A stretch of 64,000 nt of DNA, taken from assembly GCA_022709525.1 (NCBI GenBank), contig JAKLIQ010000004.1, forward strand, positions 73,260 to 137,259. Direction: 5' to 3'. This stretch comes from Candidatus Omnitrophota bacterium. Its GTDB lineage: Bacteria > Omnitrophota > Omnitrophia > Omnitrophales > Aquincolibacteriaceae. The notes under the pieces are model-generated. The model was not told the origin of the DNA. It ran no database searches and was given only the letters and a program-made list of their open reading frames with translations. Shown here in pieces: positions 20,190 to 29,269 of the stretch; within the stretch, counting starts at the first letter, position 1, and every line of letters starts with the position of its first letter. The translations under genes and the position numbers were made by a program.

Positions 20190-21059
20190 GTGCTTATGAG
20201 ACCAGAGGTTAGCGTTATTCTTCCGGCCTATAACGAAGAGGCTGCGATCGGACCCGTAATTGATGCGGTGCAGACTGCCATGAAAGGCTCCCGGTGGTCT
20301 TACGAGATTCTTGTCATCGATGACTGCTCTACAGATCGGACCGCCGAAATCGCCGAAACAAAAAAAGTAAAAGTCATTCGTCGACCGATCAAAGGAGGAT
20401 CGGGCGCATCCCGCCGAACCGGCATACTGTCCGCCGAAGGAGAGATTATTGTTATGCTTGACGCGGACGGCTCCTATGAAGCATCGGACATCCCCAAGCT
20501 TTTGGAGTATTTTCCGATGTATGATCAGGTCAACGGTGCCCGAACCAGCGAGCAAGGAACTTTGAAGATCTTAAGAGCTCCGGCTAAATGGCTTATCCGA
20601 AGCCTGGCATGCTATTTAACAAACACTCATATCCCGGATCTTAATACCGGTCTCAAGGCCTTCAAGAAAGATATTATGAAAAAATACCTCTGGGTTCTGC
20701 CTAACGGGTTTTCCTGCGTCACGACCATGACGCTGGCTTTTCTGACGAACGGTTACGCTGTCAAATACGTCCCGACGACTTATCACAAGCGCATCGGAAA
20801 ATCTAAATTCCATCCCGTCAAAGACACGCTCGCGTATATTAAAACAGTGATCCGTATGGTGATGTATTTTAAGCCCTTGCGGGTTTTCATGCCTGCCGCT
20901 GGTTTTATTTTTGCTCTTGGGATCGTAAAATCCATCTGGAGTTTTAGCGCTACCAATACGCTTCAAGAATCGGATATCATTATTTTTATGGCCGCGATCA
21001 TGCTCACATTCCTCGGATTGATAAGCGATCTGATCGCGACTTATCAAAACCGTTCCTAG
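20190..21059 (+). CDS. GT2 polyprenyl-phosphate sugar synthase with C-terminal TM helices (GtrB/CsbB-like)
   Basis: SVILPAYNE, DDCSTDRT and a DAD motif. Two C-terminal transmembrane helices, typical of GtrB/CsbB. Confidence 0.8.
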   Translation: MLMRPEVSVILPAYNEEAAIGPVIDAVQTAMKGSRWSYEILVIDDCSTDRTAEIAETKKVKVIRRPIKGGSGASRRTGILSAEGEIIVMLDADGSYEASDIPKLLEYFPMYDQVNGARTSEQGTLKILRAPAKWLIRSLACYLTNTHIPDLNTGLKAFKKDIMKKYLWVLPNGFSCVTTMTLAFLTNGYAVKYVPTTYHKRIGKSKFHPVKDTLAYIKTVIRMVMYFKPLRVFMPAAGFIFALGIVKSIWSFSATNTLQESDIIIFMAAIMLTFLGLISDLIATYQNRS

Positions 21060-21082
21060 AAATTTCTCGGGAGCAACTTCCC

Positions 21083-22699
21083 ATGGCGGAACAAAATCTA
21101 AAAGACCTTTATTTTTTGGAAGGGATCCAGTACGTTCCAAAGCTTCTTGAGCTAGCTGACAGGAACCGCCTCAACTCTACCTATGGTTGCTTTGATCGGG
21201 GCTTCTGGCATTATCGAACAATCGATTTTCCAAGTGGCATGTACCAGGAATCTGTATTGCCGTTAGCGCTAGCTTTCACATTAAAACATCCCTCTAATCC
21301 TTACTATCAAAATCAGCGGATTCGAGAGATTGTTCTTGCGGGCATTGATTACGCGCAACGCTCTGCCTACTCCGATGGATCGTGCGATGATTATTTCCCC
21401 TTTGAGCGCGCGGCTGGCGCCACAGCCTTTTCGCTTTATGCCTGCACGGAAGCCCTTCTGGTCCTTGGTGAAAAAGGAACGGAGCGTCACGAATTCCTGA
21501 AATTGCGGGCTAACTATCTCACCGAAGAGGGAATGCGAGAATCCGGCGTTTTATCGAACCACAAAGCCTTGATCGTTCTCGGGCTTTATAATACCTTTCT
21601 ATTGACCCAAGATGCGTCCTTTCGGGATAAAGCTGCGGCATGTTTGAAAAAACTTTTAGATCTGCAAACGGACGAAGGCTGGTTCCCTGAATATGAAGGA
21701 TGTGACCCGGGGTATTTGACATTTACAATCGATTTCTTGGCGAAGTATTATCAAAAATCCTCAGATCCTTCCGTTGTAGAACCGCTTCGTAAAGCGATCG
21801 GTTTTGCTTCCTATTTAATGCATCCTGACGGCAGTTTCGGCGGGGAATATGGGAGCCGTAACACTTTTCATTTTGTGCCGCACGGCTTTGAAATCATGGC
21901 GGCATTAGAGCCCCGGGCCATCTCCCTGACCAATGCGTTCTTGAGATCGCTTCGTCAAAAAACGCGATCATATTTGGAAGATGATCGCATTTTTATTCAT
22001 TACACCTATAATTATCTGCAAAGTTACAAAGATTTTTTTGAGCGAAAAGAATCACAGAACGAAAATACCCCCTCTGTTTTTCAAAAATTTTTTGAAAAAG
22101 CAGGATTTCTTGTCGTTTCTACGCCGCAGGATTACGCGGTCATCGGGATCCGAAAGGGCGGTACCGCCAAGATATTCAAAAAGACCGTTCTAAAATACAG
22201 CGACTCCGGGCTTCTTGGAACCACGGTGTGTGGAAAACGTTTTACTTCACAGGTCATCTCAAACTGGAATTATACGATCGAAAAGGATCTTCTTGTGATC
22301 GAAGGGAATAGCTGCGTCTATAAGCCTCTATTATTTCATCCTCTGTCATTTCTTTGCTTTCGCGCTTTCGTTCTTTTTGTCGCTCGCTTTTTTTCTCCGA
22401 ATTTCATCCGGAAATTTTTACAGACAAAAGCTATCACAAAAAAAGAGAGAAAGCTCCCGGTCCGCGTCCGCAAAGAAATACCTCTCAAAACGCTGGACCG
22501 CATCCGCTACCAGATCTCTCTCGAAGATCCCGCTTTAAAGATCAAAGATCTTTGGATCAGTTCGGATGCGACATTCATCTATGTCGCCACAAGCCAACCC
22601 TTTCAAGGCGCTAATCTTCTGCCATGGATCGATCTGAATGCCGTTTTGCCCGAACTAAACGCAAAACGATCGATCTCATACGAATATCGGATCGCATGA
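21083..22699 (+). CDS. Hypothetical protein (538 aa), function unknown
   Basis: Long ORF, co-directional and tightly packed between the GtrB-like GT2 and the flippase-like gene. One hydrophobic segment near the C-terminus. No motif recognised. Confidence 0.5.
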   Translation: MAEQNLKDLYFLEGIQYVPKLLELADRNRLNSTYGCFDRGFWHYRTIDFPSGMYQESVLPLALAFTLKHPSNPYYQNQRIREIVLAGIDYAQRSAYSDGSCDDYFPFERAAGATAFSLYACTEALLVLGEKGTERHEFLKLRANYLTEEGMRESGVLSNHKALIVLGLYNTFLLTQDASFRDKAAACLKKLLDLQTDEGWFPEYEGCDPGYLTFTIDFLAKYYQKSSDPSVVEPLRKAIGFASYLMHPDGSFGGEYGSRNTFHFVPHGFEIMAALEPRAISLTNAFLRSLRQKTRSYLEDDRIFIHYTYNYLQSYKDFFERKESQNENTPSVFQKFFEKAGFLVVSTPQDYAVIGIRKGGTAKIFKKTVLKYSDSGLLGTTVCGKRFTSQVISNWNYTIEKDLLVIEGNSCVYKPLLFHPLSFLCFRAFVLFVARFFSPNFIRKFLQTKAITKKERKLPVRVRKEIPLKTLDRIRYQISLEDPALKIKDLWISSDATFIYVATSQPFQGANLLPWIDLNAVLPELNAKRSISYEYRIA

Positions 22700-23625
22700 A
22701 ACGCCTTCTTCCGCTGACTTTTTCCGTCCTGATCCTGATCATCATCTTTTCGCGGATCAATCTTGCGGATTTCGGAAACTACATCGCTTCGTTAGATATC
22801 CCGTTATTCGCTGCAGCCCTGCTTTGTTTCATCCCGCAGGTCCTCATTTCGGCCTGGCGCTGGAAATTCCTTATCAGAAAAAAAGCATCGTTGGGCCTCT
22901 TTGAATCCGTCAAGCTGGTGCTCGCGTCTTCTTCGCTAAATGTTTTTCTGCCGTCAAAAATAGGGGATCTTTCAAAAGCCTATTTTCTTAAAAAACAAGG
23001 AAAAATAGAATTAAAGCGGGGAACCAACGTGGTGCTTTTCGAACGTTATATTGATACAGCCTCGCTTTGCAGCATGGCGGTTTTAGGCATCCTGACCGAA
23101 GGGAGCTTTAGCCGTCATTTTTTAATTCTTCTCGGGATCTCATGCGGCGTTATCGCTCTATTTCCGGTCCTCTACTTTTTGAAATTCGAAAAAGAACCGA
23201 AATTTTCGTTTGGCGGAAAACATCCGTGGATGGAAAAACTGCGCCATTTCTTAAAAGACGCTCAGGAATATCTTCTCGAACTTAAGAAAGATCAAAAAAC
23301 GCTTTGGCTCGCTATCGCTGCATCCGTTTTTCTGTGGTCGCTTCATCTTTTTCAATTTTATCTCGTTTTCCTGGCGATCCATGCCCCGGTTGCCTGGTAT
23401 CACGTTTTTTGTTTTGTCCCAGTCTCTATTTTAATAGGCATGATCCCCATAACGCTTGCGGGGATCGGCTCGCGGGACGCGGCGCTCATTCTTTTATTTG
23501 CCCCCTATGCGCCTGCCTCCCAAATGATTTTTATCGGTATTTTCGCTTCCTTGCGATATTTCATACCCGGGATCTGCGGCATTCCGTTCCTCCATCAATA
23601 CATGATCGAAGAACATGCGGAATAA
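22696..23625 (+). CDS. Flippase-like membrane protein (lysylphosphatidylglycerol-synthase TM-region/UPF0104-like)
   Basis: 8 transmembrane helices over ~310 aa and an ATGA overlap with the upstream gene. This family commonly sits beside GtrB-like GT2 genes. Confidence 0.55.
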   Translation: MKRLLPLTFSVLILIIIFSRINLADFGNYIASLDIPLFAAALLCFIPQVLISAWRWKFLIRKKASLGLFESVKLVLASSSLNVFLPSKIGDLSKAYFLKKQGKIELKRGTNVVLFERYIDTASLCSMAVLGILTEGSFSRHFLILLGISCGVIALFPVLYFLKFEKEPKFSFGGKHPWMEKLRHFLKDAQEYLLELKKDQKTLWLAIAASVFLWSLHLFQFYLVFLAIHAPVAWYHVFCFVPVSILIGMIPITLAGIGSRDAALILLFAPYAPASQMIFIGIFASLRYFIPGICGIPFLHQYMIEEHAE

Positions 23626-26600
23626 AACGACCTCCGGCTTTTTTACTGGGGAATCCCTGCCTTTATGTCTTTTAGGGCTCGCGATATTCCTTTTTTTCAT
23701 TGAAGTTTTTTTTCTCAAGGTCGGATTTTTTAGCGGGGATCACCGGGCGCAGCATTATCCTTGGGCCGCATTTTATGCGGCTCACATCAAGAACTTTCAG
23801 CTCCCGTGGTGGACGACGCTCTTCCATTGCGGCTTTCCGCTCCTCGCCGAAGGGCAAGTAGGAGCGCTTTATCCGCTTAACATTGTTTTCTATTTTTTCC
23901 TGCCGTTCCCTTTAGCCTATACTTACAATATCTTGGCGCATTTTTTTATTTCCGCTTTTTTTATTTATATCTTGTTGCGTTCCTTAGGCCTTTCACGAAG
24001 CGCTGCCTTGTTCGGCGGATTGATCTATTTGTTCGGTACGGCTCAAGGCGGCTATTATTACAACATCATTTCACTCAAAGTTCTGACCTGGTTTCCGTTC
24101 GCGCTGTATTTGGTCCGTAAGATCATCGAAGACGATCGCTACGATCTTTTCTCATGGCTCGCCCTTGTCTTTGCCTTTCAGATATTCGCCGGTTATCTGC
24201 AATACGCTGTTTATTCGATCGCATTCACGGCATTCTTTTTTTTCTGGTTTGCCTTCTCTAAATCTAGAGAAACTCATCGGCCGGACCGTTTCTGGAAACA
24301 ATTCGCCGCTTTCGCCGCGGCCCTTTTTTGCGCGATCCTCGTCGCATTGCCGCAATTGGGGAGCGCTCTTGAATTGTCTTTTTTTTCAAACCGCTATGGT
24401 TTCCCCGATGAATTCGCATACCTTGGCTCGCTTAACCCTGCGGCCGTAATGACGCTTTTTTTTCCGCAATGGGACGGCTTCCTTGGCGCTGAGATTTATG
24501 TTGGGGCTATCGGCCTTTTCTTCTTTTTGGTTTCCCTGTTTTTGCCAAAAAACAAACCAGAGCGCTTTTTTTTCTGGATGTTATTGGTAGCGCTGCTATG
24601 CGCGCTCGGAAAATTCAACCCTCTTTTTGTCCTGTTTGTAAAGCTCACGCACTTCACAAGCTTTAGAATACCGACGAAATTCATGTATTTTGCGGCTTTC
24701 GCGAGTTCGGTGCTGTGCGCTTACGGCTTTCAAAAATGGCAGGGTTTGGGACCGACCGCGCCTTCTTTTAAAAAACCATATCGGGCCTTTCTGGTCGTAT
24801 CCGGTCTAGGCATTCTAACGCTCCTCTCCGGCAGCGCGCTTCTTAAGCTTTTTGAAAATCCGATCAAGGATGCCGCGAGACAATTCATGAGCGTGAATTT
24901 TTCCCACTCGGTGGTCCACACCTTGCCGATGGAAGTTTATTTCGAGCGCTTGAACCTCTTCTATGAAAACATCCTAAACGCCATAGCACTTTCCAACCCG
25001 TGGAACCTTGCTTTTCTCTTATTTATGGCCGGAAGTATTATAGCGGTCGCGTATCTTCAAAGCATCGGATGGCGTGCGACGCGCCTCATAAAAATAGCGC
25101 TCTTTCTTTTTTTATTCACAAATCTATATGTTTACAGCTGGACCACCATCAAGGGCAATTACGAAACAGAACGTTTTATAAAAAAACCGTCGAAGCTGAT
25201 CGATGATTTAAAAGATCAAAAAGGAACTTTCCGCGTTCACCGCCTTATCACTGCAGTCCACAAAACGGAAGGATTCCCCATGCCACCGCATACCAACATG
25301 CTGGACCGGCTCTCCATCGTTGGCGGCTATAGCCCTCTGGTTCGGGCAGATTATTACGATCTTCTTGAAGGTATTGGCGACATCGACGATTCGAACCGCC
25401 TTAAGACCGCCACTCAAGAATCCATTGCCAACGAAAAAGCTCTTTTAAATTTTCTAAATGTGCGCTATCTCATCACCGATGAAATCCTGCATGATCCTTC
25501 TTTTGAAAAAATCGCGGAAGAAGGGGATTACTACCTATACCAAAATGCGGACGTCATGCCGCGGGCTTTTTGGGTCGCGAATTCATTCCAAATGAATACC
25601 CAAAAAGATTTTACGGGTCTCGTCCACACGGGGAAATTCGAACCTCAGAGATACGCTTACCTAGCTTCCGCCGATAGCGCTCAAACAACAAATAACTCTC
25701 TGCCATGGCTTCCCGCAACTATCCTTGAAGATCAAGATTCCCGCGCGGTCTTTTTAATCAACGTGCCGGCGCCGGGTTTTTTGGTCACGAGCGATCTTTC
25801 TTATCCGGGGTGGCATGCTTACGTGAACGGCGTTGAAAAACCAGTGCTCCAAGTAAACGGCGTCTTCCGAGGCTTGCAACTCGATGATCCCGGAAATACG
25901 ACGATCGAGTTTCGATACCAGCCTATTTGGCGAACAATCGCCGGATTTTCTGCCGCTTTCGGATTAATCTTGTTCTTAATGCCGCTTGCCCGCGGACAGA
26001 AAGGATCCCGTCAACGCTCTTTACCTACCGAAAAAACTAGCGACTTCATCCGAACGCTAAAACCCTATCTCGTCACTCGAGAGACTTGTCCGTCCTGTCA
26101 GTGTTCCACAAAAGGACTTCGAACATATCGACTTGAGCATTTTAATCTCTACCGTTGCTTGTGCGGTTTGCGATTTATCGATCCCTCTTTGAACGCCGAA
26201 GGTCAAATGATGATCTATCAATCCTCCGAGGCACTAAAAAAGATCAATCCAGCCCTTGAACATTACTACGAATATGAAACATTAAAAAAGGGAGGTCGGA
26301 CCCGTAACGATTACGAGAAATCCCTTGGAGCGCTAAGAAAAGCGGGCGCTCACGGACAAATGCTCGAAGTGGGGTGCGGCACCGGTTCTTTTCTGCGATT
26401 TGCGCATGAACGCGGGTGGCAAGTGCTCGGTATTGATTCGAGCAAGCCAAATATCGAATTGCTAGCACGGCAAAATATTCCGGCGATCTGTGAAGATTTT
26501 TTGAACTTGAAATCGGAAAAAAAATTTGGCGTTATCGTTCTTTGGGATGTCCTTGAGCATTTTCAAGACCCTTCGACGTTCATTAAAAAAAGCTTTGAGC

Positions 26601-26944
26601 TTCTCGAATCAGAGGGCTTGATCCTGATCGCCGCGCCGCTCTATCCTAATCTCTTGAGCTCGCTGGCTGAGCTCGTATACCGGGTGAGTTTTGGAAAAAT
26701 ACGGGGACCTATGGAGAAAATGTACATGGTAGAACATGCCTTGTATTTCAGCGAGAAATCACTTGCTGACATTTTAATGCGGCATGGTTTTACGAAAAAG
26801 ATCTCTTGGCGAACGGAAACAGATTTAAGACGTTATGCTTTTGGACCAATGACCCGCTTTCTTTTAGCCTGTTTTTTCATCTTGGCGCGACTTCTAAAAC
26901 AGCAAAATCGAACTATTTTCATCGGACAAAAAAAAGTTTTTTGA
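23615..26944 (+). CDS. YfhO-like GT-C membrane glycosyltransferase fused to a C-terminal Zn-ribbon plus class I SAM methyltransferase
   Basis: N-terminal ~780 aa is polytopic with a large extracytoplasmic domain, YfhO-like. The C-terminus has CPSCQC...CLCG and a methyltransferase motif I (LEVGCGTGSF). Confidence 0.6.
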   Translation: MRNKTTSGFFTGESLPLCLLGLAIFLFFIEVFFLKVGFFSGDHRAQHYPWAAFYAAHIKNFQLPWWTTLFHCGFPLLAEGQVGALYPLNIVFYFFLPFPLAYTYNILAHFFISAFFIYILLRSLGLSRSAALFGGLIYLFGTAQGGYYYNIISLKVLTWFPFALYLVRKIIEDDRYDLFSWLALVFAFQIFAGYLQYAVYSIAFTAFFFFWFAFSKSRETHRPDRFWKQFAAFAAALFCAILVALPQLGSALELSFFSNRYGFPDEFAYLGSLNPAAVMTLFFPQWDGFLGAEIYVGAIGLFFFLVSLFLPKNKPERFFFWMLLVALLCALGKFNPLFVLFVKLTHFTSFRIPTKFMYFAAFASSVLCAYGFQKWQGLGPTAPSFKKPYRAFLVVSGLGILTLLSGSALLKLFENPIKDAARQFMSVNFSHSVVHTLPMEVYFERLNLFYENILNAIALSNPWNLAFLLFMAGSIIAVAYLQSIGWRATRLIKIALFLFLFTNLYVYSWTTIKGNYETERFIKKPSKLIDDLKDQKGTFRVHRLITAVHKTEGFPMPPHTNMLDRLSIVGGYSPLVRADYYDLLEGIGDIDDSNRLKTATQESIANEKALLNFLNVRYLITDEILHDPSFEKIAEEGDYYLYQNADVMPRAFWVANSFQMNTQKDFTGLVHTGKFEPQRYAYLASADSAQTTNNSLPWLPATILEDQDSRAVFLINVPAPGFLVTSDLSYPGWHAYVNGVEKPVLQVNGVFRGLQLDDPGNTTIEFRYQPIWRTIAGFSAAFGLILFLMPLARGQKGSRQRSLPTEKTSDFIRTLKPYLVTRETCPSCQCSTKGLRTYRLEHFNLYRCLCGLRFIDPSLNAEGQMMIYQSSEALKKINPALEHYYEYETLKKGGRTRNDYEKSLGALRKAGAHGQMLEVGCGTGSFLRFAHERGWQVLGIDSSKPNIELLARQNIPAICEDFLNLKSEKKFGVIVLWDVLEHFQDPSTFIKKSFELLESEGLILIAAPLYPNLLSSLAELVYRVSFGKIRGPMEKMYMVEHALYFSEKSLADILMRHGFTKKISWRTETDLRRYAFGPMTRFLLACFFILARLLKQQNRTIFIGQKKVF

Positions 26945-26946
26945 CC

Positions 26947-28428
26947 ATGATCCCTTTTTCCATTCTTCTCTTCGCATTTTTGCTAAAAATCCCGTTCCTC
27001 GCCAAACCCTTGGTCGGTTACTTTGGGAGCTACCAGACCATCAACGCGATGATGGCCCAAATGATGCTGCATGGTCCTTGGCAAAACCTCACCGCGCCAC
27101 GCACCTTTATCCTATTCGATGGACATCCGGGGCTTCATTTAATTTACTATCCCATCGGTTCTTTAGCTGCGGCGGTTTTGAATTCGTTTTTTAGCGGGTC
27201 CCTTGTTTTTTGGGGACGCTTCCAAGCAGCCTTATTCGCATTACTGGCAGGAGTCTTCTTTTTCAAAAGTACTGAAAAGATACTCAATCGCCGGATCGCC
27301 CTTATTTCGCTCTTCATCTTCTCGCTTTCACCTACGGTTATGACCATGGGGACTAGCTTCCAGAATGAGGCGCCGGCTCTTTTTTTTCTGAGTTTCGCTT
27401 TTTGGCTATTTTTATCAGAAAAGATTTATGCCGGGTTCCTGGCCGGGCTTTTATTTGCTTTTGCCGTCGCGGCCCGTCTTCATTTCTTATCTGTTGCGCC
27501 GGTTTTTTTATTTGTCTGGGGTTCGGAAAAAAGAAAGGGGCGCCAGCTTCTAGTTTTTATATTAGGGTTATTGATCCCGATTTTCTTGCTCTACGGATAT
27601 TACTATTTGCTTGAAAAAAATTTTCCAACGCAGGTGATGACCAGCCTTTTCAGCCAATCCCATGAAGGCCGCCTTTTACCGGATTTCTTGGGGTTTACAA
27701 AAGATTTCTACTCACGATTACTGATGATTATGATCGGTCCTTGGCTGACCCCGGTCATTCTGCCTCTATTGCTATTGCAGAACCCTGCCCGATGGAAAAA
27801 GGAACGGATTTTTGGGATTTGGCTTGTTTTCTCTCTTTCCGTGATCGTTCTTCTGCCTAAAAAAGTTGCTGATCATCCTTTTTATCTGATCCATTGCGTC
27901 CCCGCAGCAGCGGTCTTAGCTGCATCCGCCTATGAGACATTTAAAGGCTTGATACGGAAAAGCATCCGTGTTTTGTTTTGGAGCGCTTTTCTTTTTTGCG
28001 CTTTACGCTATTATGTGCCGACCGCGTTATCGGGAGGAATGGACAAAAAGAAAATCCCAGCGATAGGGAAGCAGGTCCAGGCTTTAACGCAACCTCAAGA
28101 CAAGATCATTGCTTCCCATGGTTCGTCGCCCGATCTTTTATATTACGCGAACAGATGGGGCTGGCCCTTTAGTTTGACGATGAGGGAAAGCTATGTCCTG
28201 ACGAGCCCGCAGCCGCGCCATCAACGATTGGTCGGGAAAGGATACGGCGATCCAGTTCTCTGGCTTGAAAAATTACGCTCTGAGGGAGCCGCTTATTTAG
28301 TGCTTACAGAACCCGATGTCTTTCGCGCGCAAAAAGATTTTTTTGATCATGTTATGAAGAATTATCCACTTGTACAAAAAAGCGATAGATCGTTCTTGCT
28401 TTTTGATCTGAGAGAAAAACGCACATGA
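26947..28428 (+). CDS. GT-C fold membrane glycosyltransferase (ArnT/PMT_2-like)
   Basis: Polytopic N-terminal region with a C-terminal soluble domain. TGA/ATG coupling with the upstream gene. Confidence 0.6.
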   Translation: MIPFSILLFAFLLKIPFLAKPLVGYFGSYQTINAMMAQMMLHGPWQNLTAPRTFILFDGHPGLHLIYYPIGSLAAAVLNSFFSGSLVFWGRFQAALFALLAGVFFFKSTEKILNRRIALISLFIFSLSPTVMTMGTSFQNEAPALFFLSFAFWLFLSEKIYAGFLAGLLFAFAVAARLHFLSVAPVFLFVWGSEKRKGRQLLVFILGLLIPIFLLYGYYYLLEKNFPTQVMTSLFSQSHEGRLLPDFLGFTKDFYSRLLMIMIGPWLTPVILPLLLLQNPARWKKERIFGIWLVFSLSVIVLLPKKVADHPFYLIHCVPAAAVLAASAYETFKGLIRKSIRVLFWSAFLFCALRYYVPTALSGGMDKKKIPAIGKQVQALTQPQDKIIASHGSSPDLLYYANRWGWPFSLTMRESYVLTSPQPRHQRLVGKGYGDPVLWLEKLRSEGAAYLVLTEPDVFRAQKDFFDHVMKNYPLVQKSDRSFLLFDLREKRT

Positions 28429-29141
28429 AAACTTTGATCGTAATGCCCACCTATAATGAACGCGACAATATCGAGCGCCTTGTGGGCCGCCTGATGAACG
28501 TCGATTCCGGCATCGATGTTCTCATAGTTGACGACAATTCGCCTGACGGAACAGGGGATCTTGCAGAAAGACTCGCGCAAAAGAATCCGAGAATTCATGT
28601 GCTTCGACGGCCCGGCAAACAAGGTCTTGGGCCCGCGTATATCGCCGGCTTCCAATGGGGATTGTCGCGCGATTACGACGCTTTCATGGAAATGGATGCG
28701 GATCTATCGCATCGCCCTCGCTATATTCCGCGTTTTTTACAGGAAATCAAAGATGCGGATATCGTCGTAGGGTCTCGGTGGATCAAAGGGGGAGGTATCG
28801 CGAATTGGCCTCTATCCCGTGTTTTTCTTAGCCGTATGGCGAGCCTCTATGCAAAGCTTATTCTTGGCGTATCGATCGCCGACATGACCGCCGGCTACAT
28901 CTGTTATCGCCGTAAAGTTTTGGAAGAGCTCGGACTTGATCGTATTCATTCTGACGGTTATTGCTTTCAAATCGAAATGAAATATCGCGCCCTTTGCCGC
29001 GGCTTCAAGATCGTCGAGATCCCCATCATTTTCACCGATCGTAAGGCGGGGAATTCTAAAATCTCACGTCATATCGTTCTTGAAGCCCTGATTATCACCT
29101 GGATACTACGATTCAGAAAAAAGCTATTTGAACGACCATGA
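28425..29141 (+). CDS. Polyprenol/dolichol-phosphate mannosyltransferase-like GT2 (Dpm1/Ppm1 family)
   Basis: LIVMPTYNERDNI, VDDNSPDGT and a DAD motif. 238 aa, soluble. Confidence 0.85.
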   Translation: MKTLIVMPTYNERDNIERLVGRLMNVDSGIDVLIVDDNSPDGTGDLAERLAQKNPRIHVLRRPGKQGLGPAYIAGFQWGLSRDYDAFMEMDADLSHRPRYIPRFLQEIKDADIVVGSRWIKGGGIANWPLSRVFLSRMASLYAKLILGVSIADMTAGYICYRRKVLEELGLDRIHSDGYCFQIEMKYRALCRGFKIVEIPIIFTDRKAGNSKISRHIVLEALIITWILRFRKKLFERP

Positions 29142-29263
29142 GAAAAGAATTTCCAAAAAATCATCGTTTTCGCCGCGATTTTTGGACCATTCTTTGGTTT
29201 TTATGGCTCCTGATCGTCGCGAGTTTTTATTTCTTCGATCTTTTTATCTCAAAACTCAAATAG
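29138..29263 (+). CDS. Candidate 41-aa single-TM micro-protein (MRKEFPKNHRFRRDFWTILWFLWLLIVASFYFFDLFISKLK)
   Basis: Hand-translated; below the 60-aa cut-off of the ORF track. ATGA overlap with the Dpm1-like gene. Basic N-terminus followed by one hydrophobic helix. An in-frame TAG lies 6 nt before the next gene's ATG. Confidence 0.3.
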   Translation: MRKEFPKNHRFRRDFWTILWFLWLLIVASFYFFDLFISKLK

Positions 29264-29269
29264 ATCCCT

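Noticed and set aside
24221-24560. Multiple T8-T9 homopolymer tracts in the YfhO-like gene, and a G7 tract in pseI near 56511, as phase-variation switches.
   Set aside because: The tracts coincide with Phe/Leu-rich transmembrane coding (TTT codons) or Gly-Gly coding. They are in frame, and the lengths are below or at the edge of typical slip-prone tracts.
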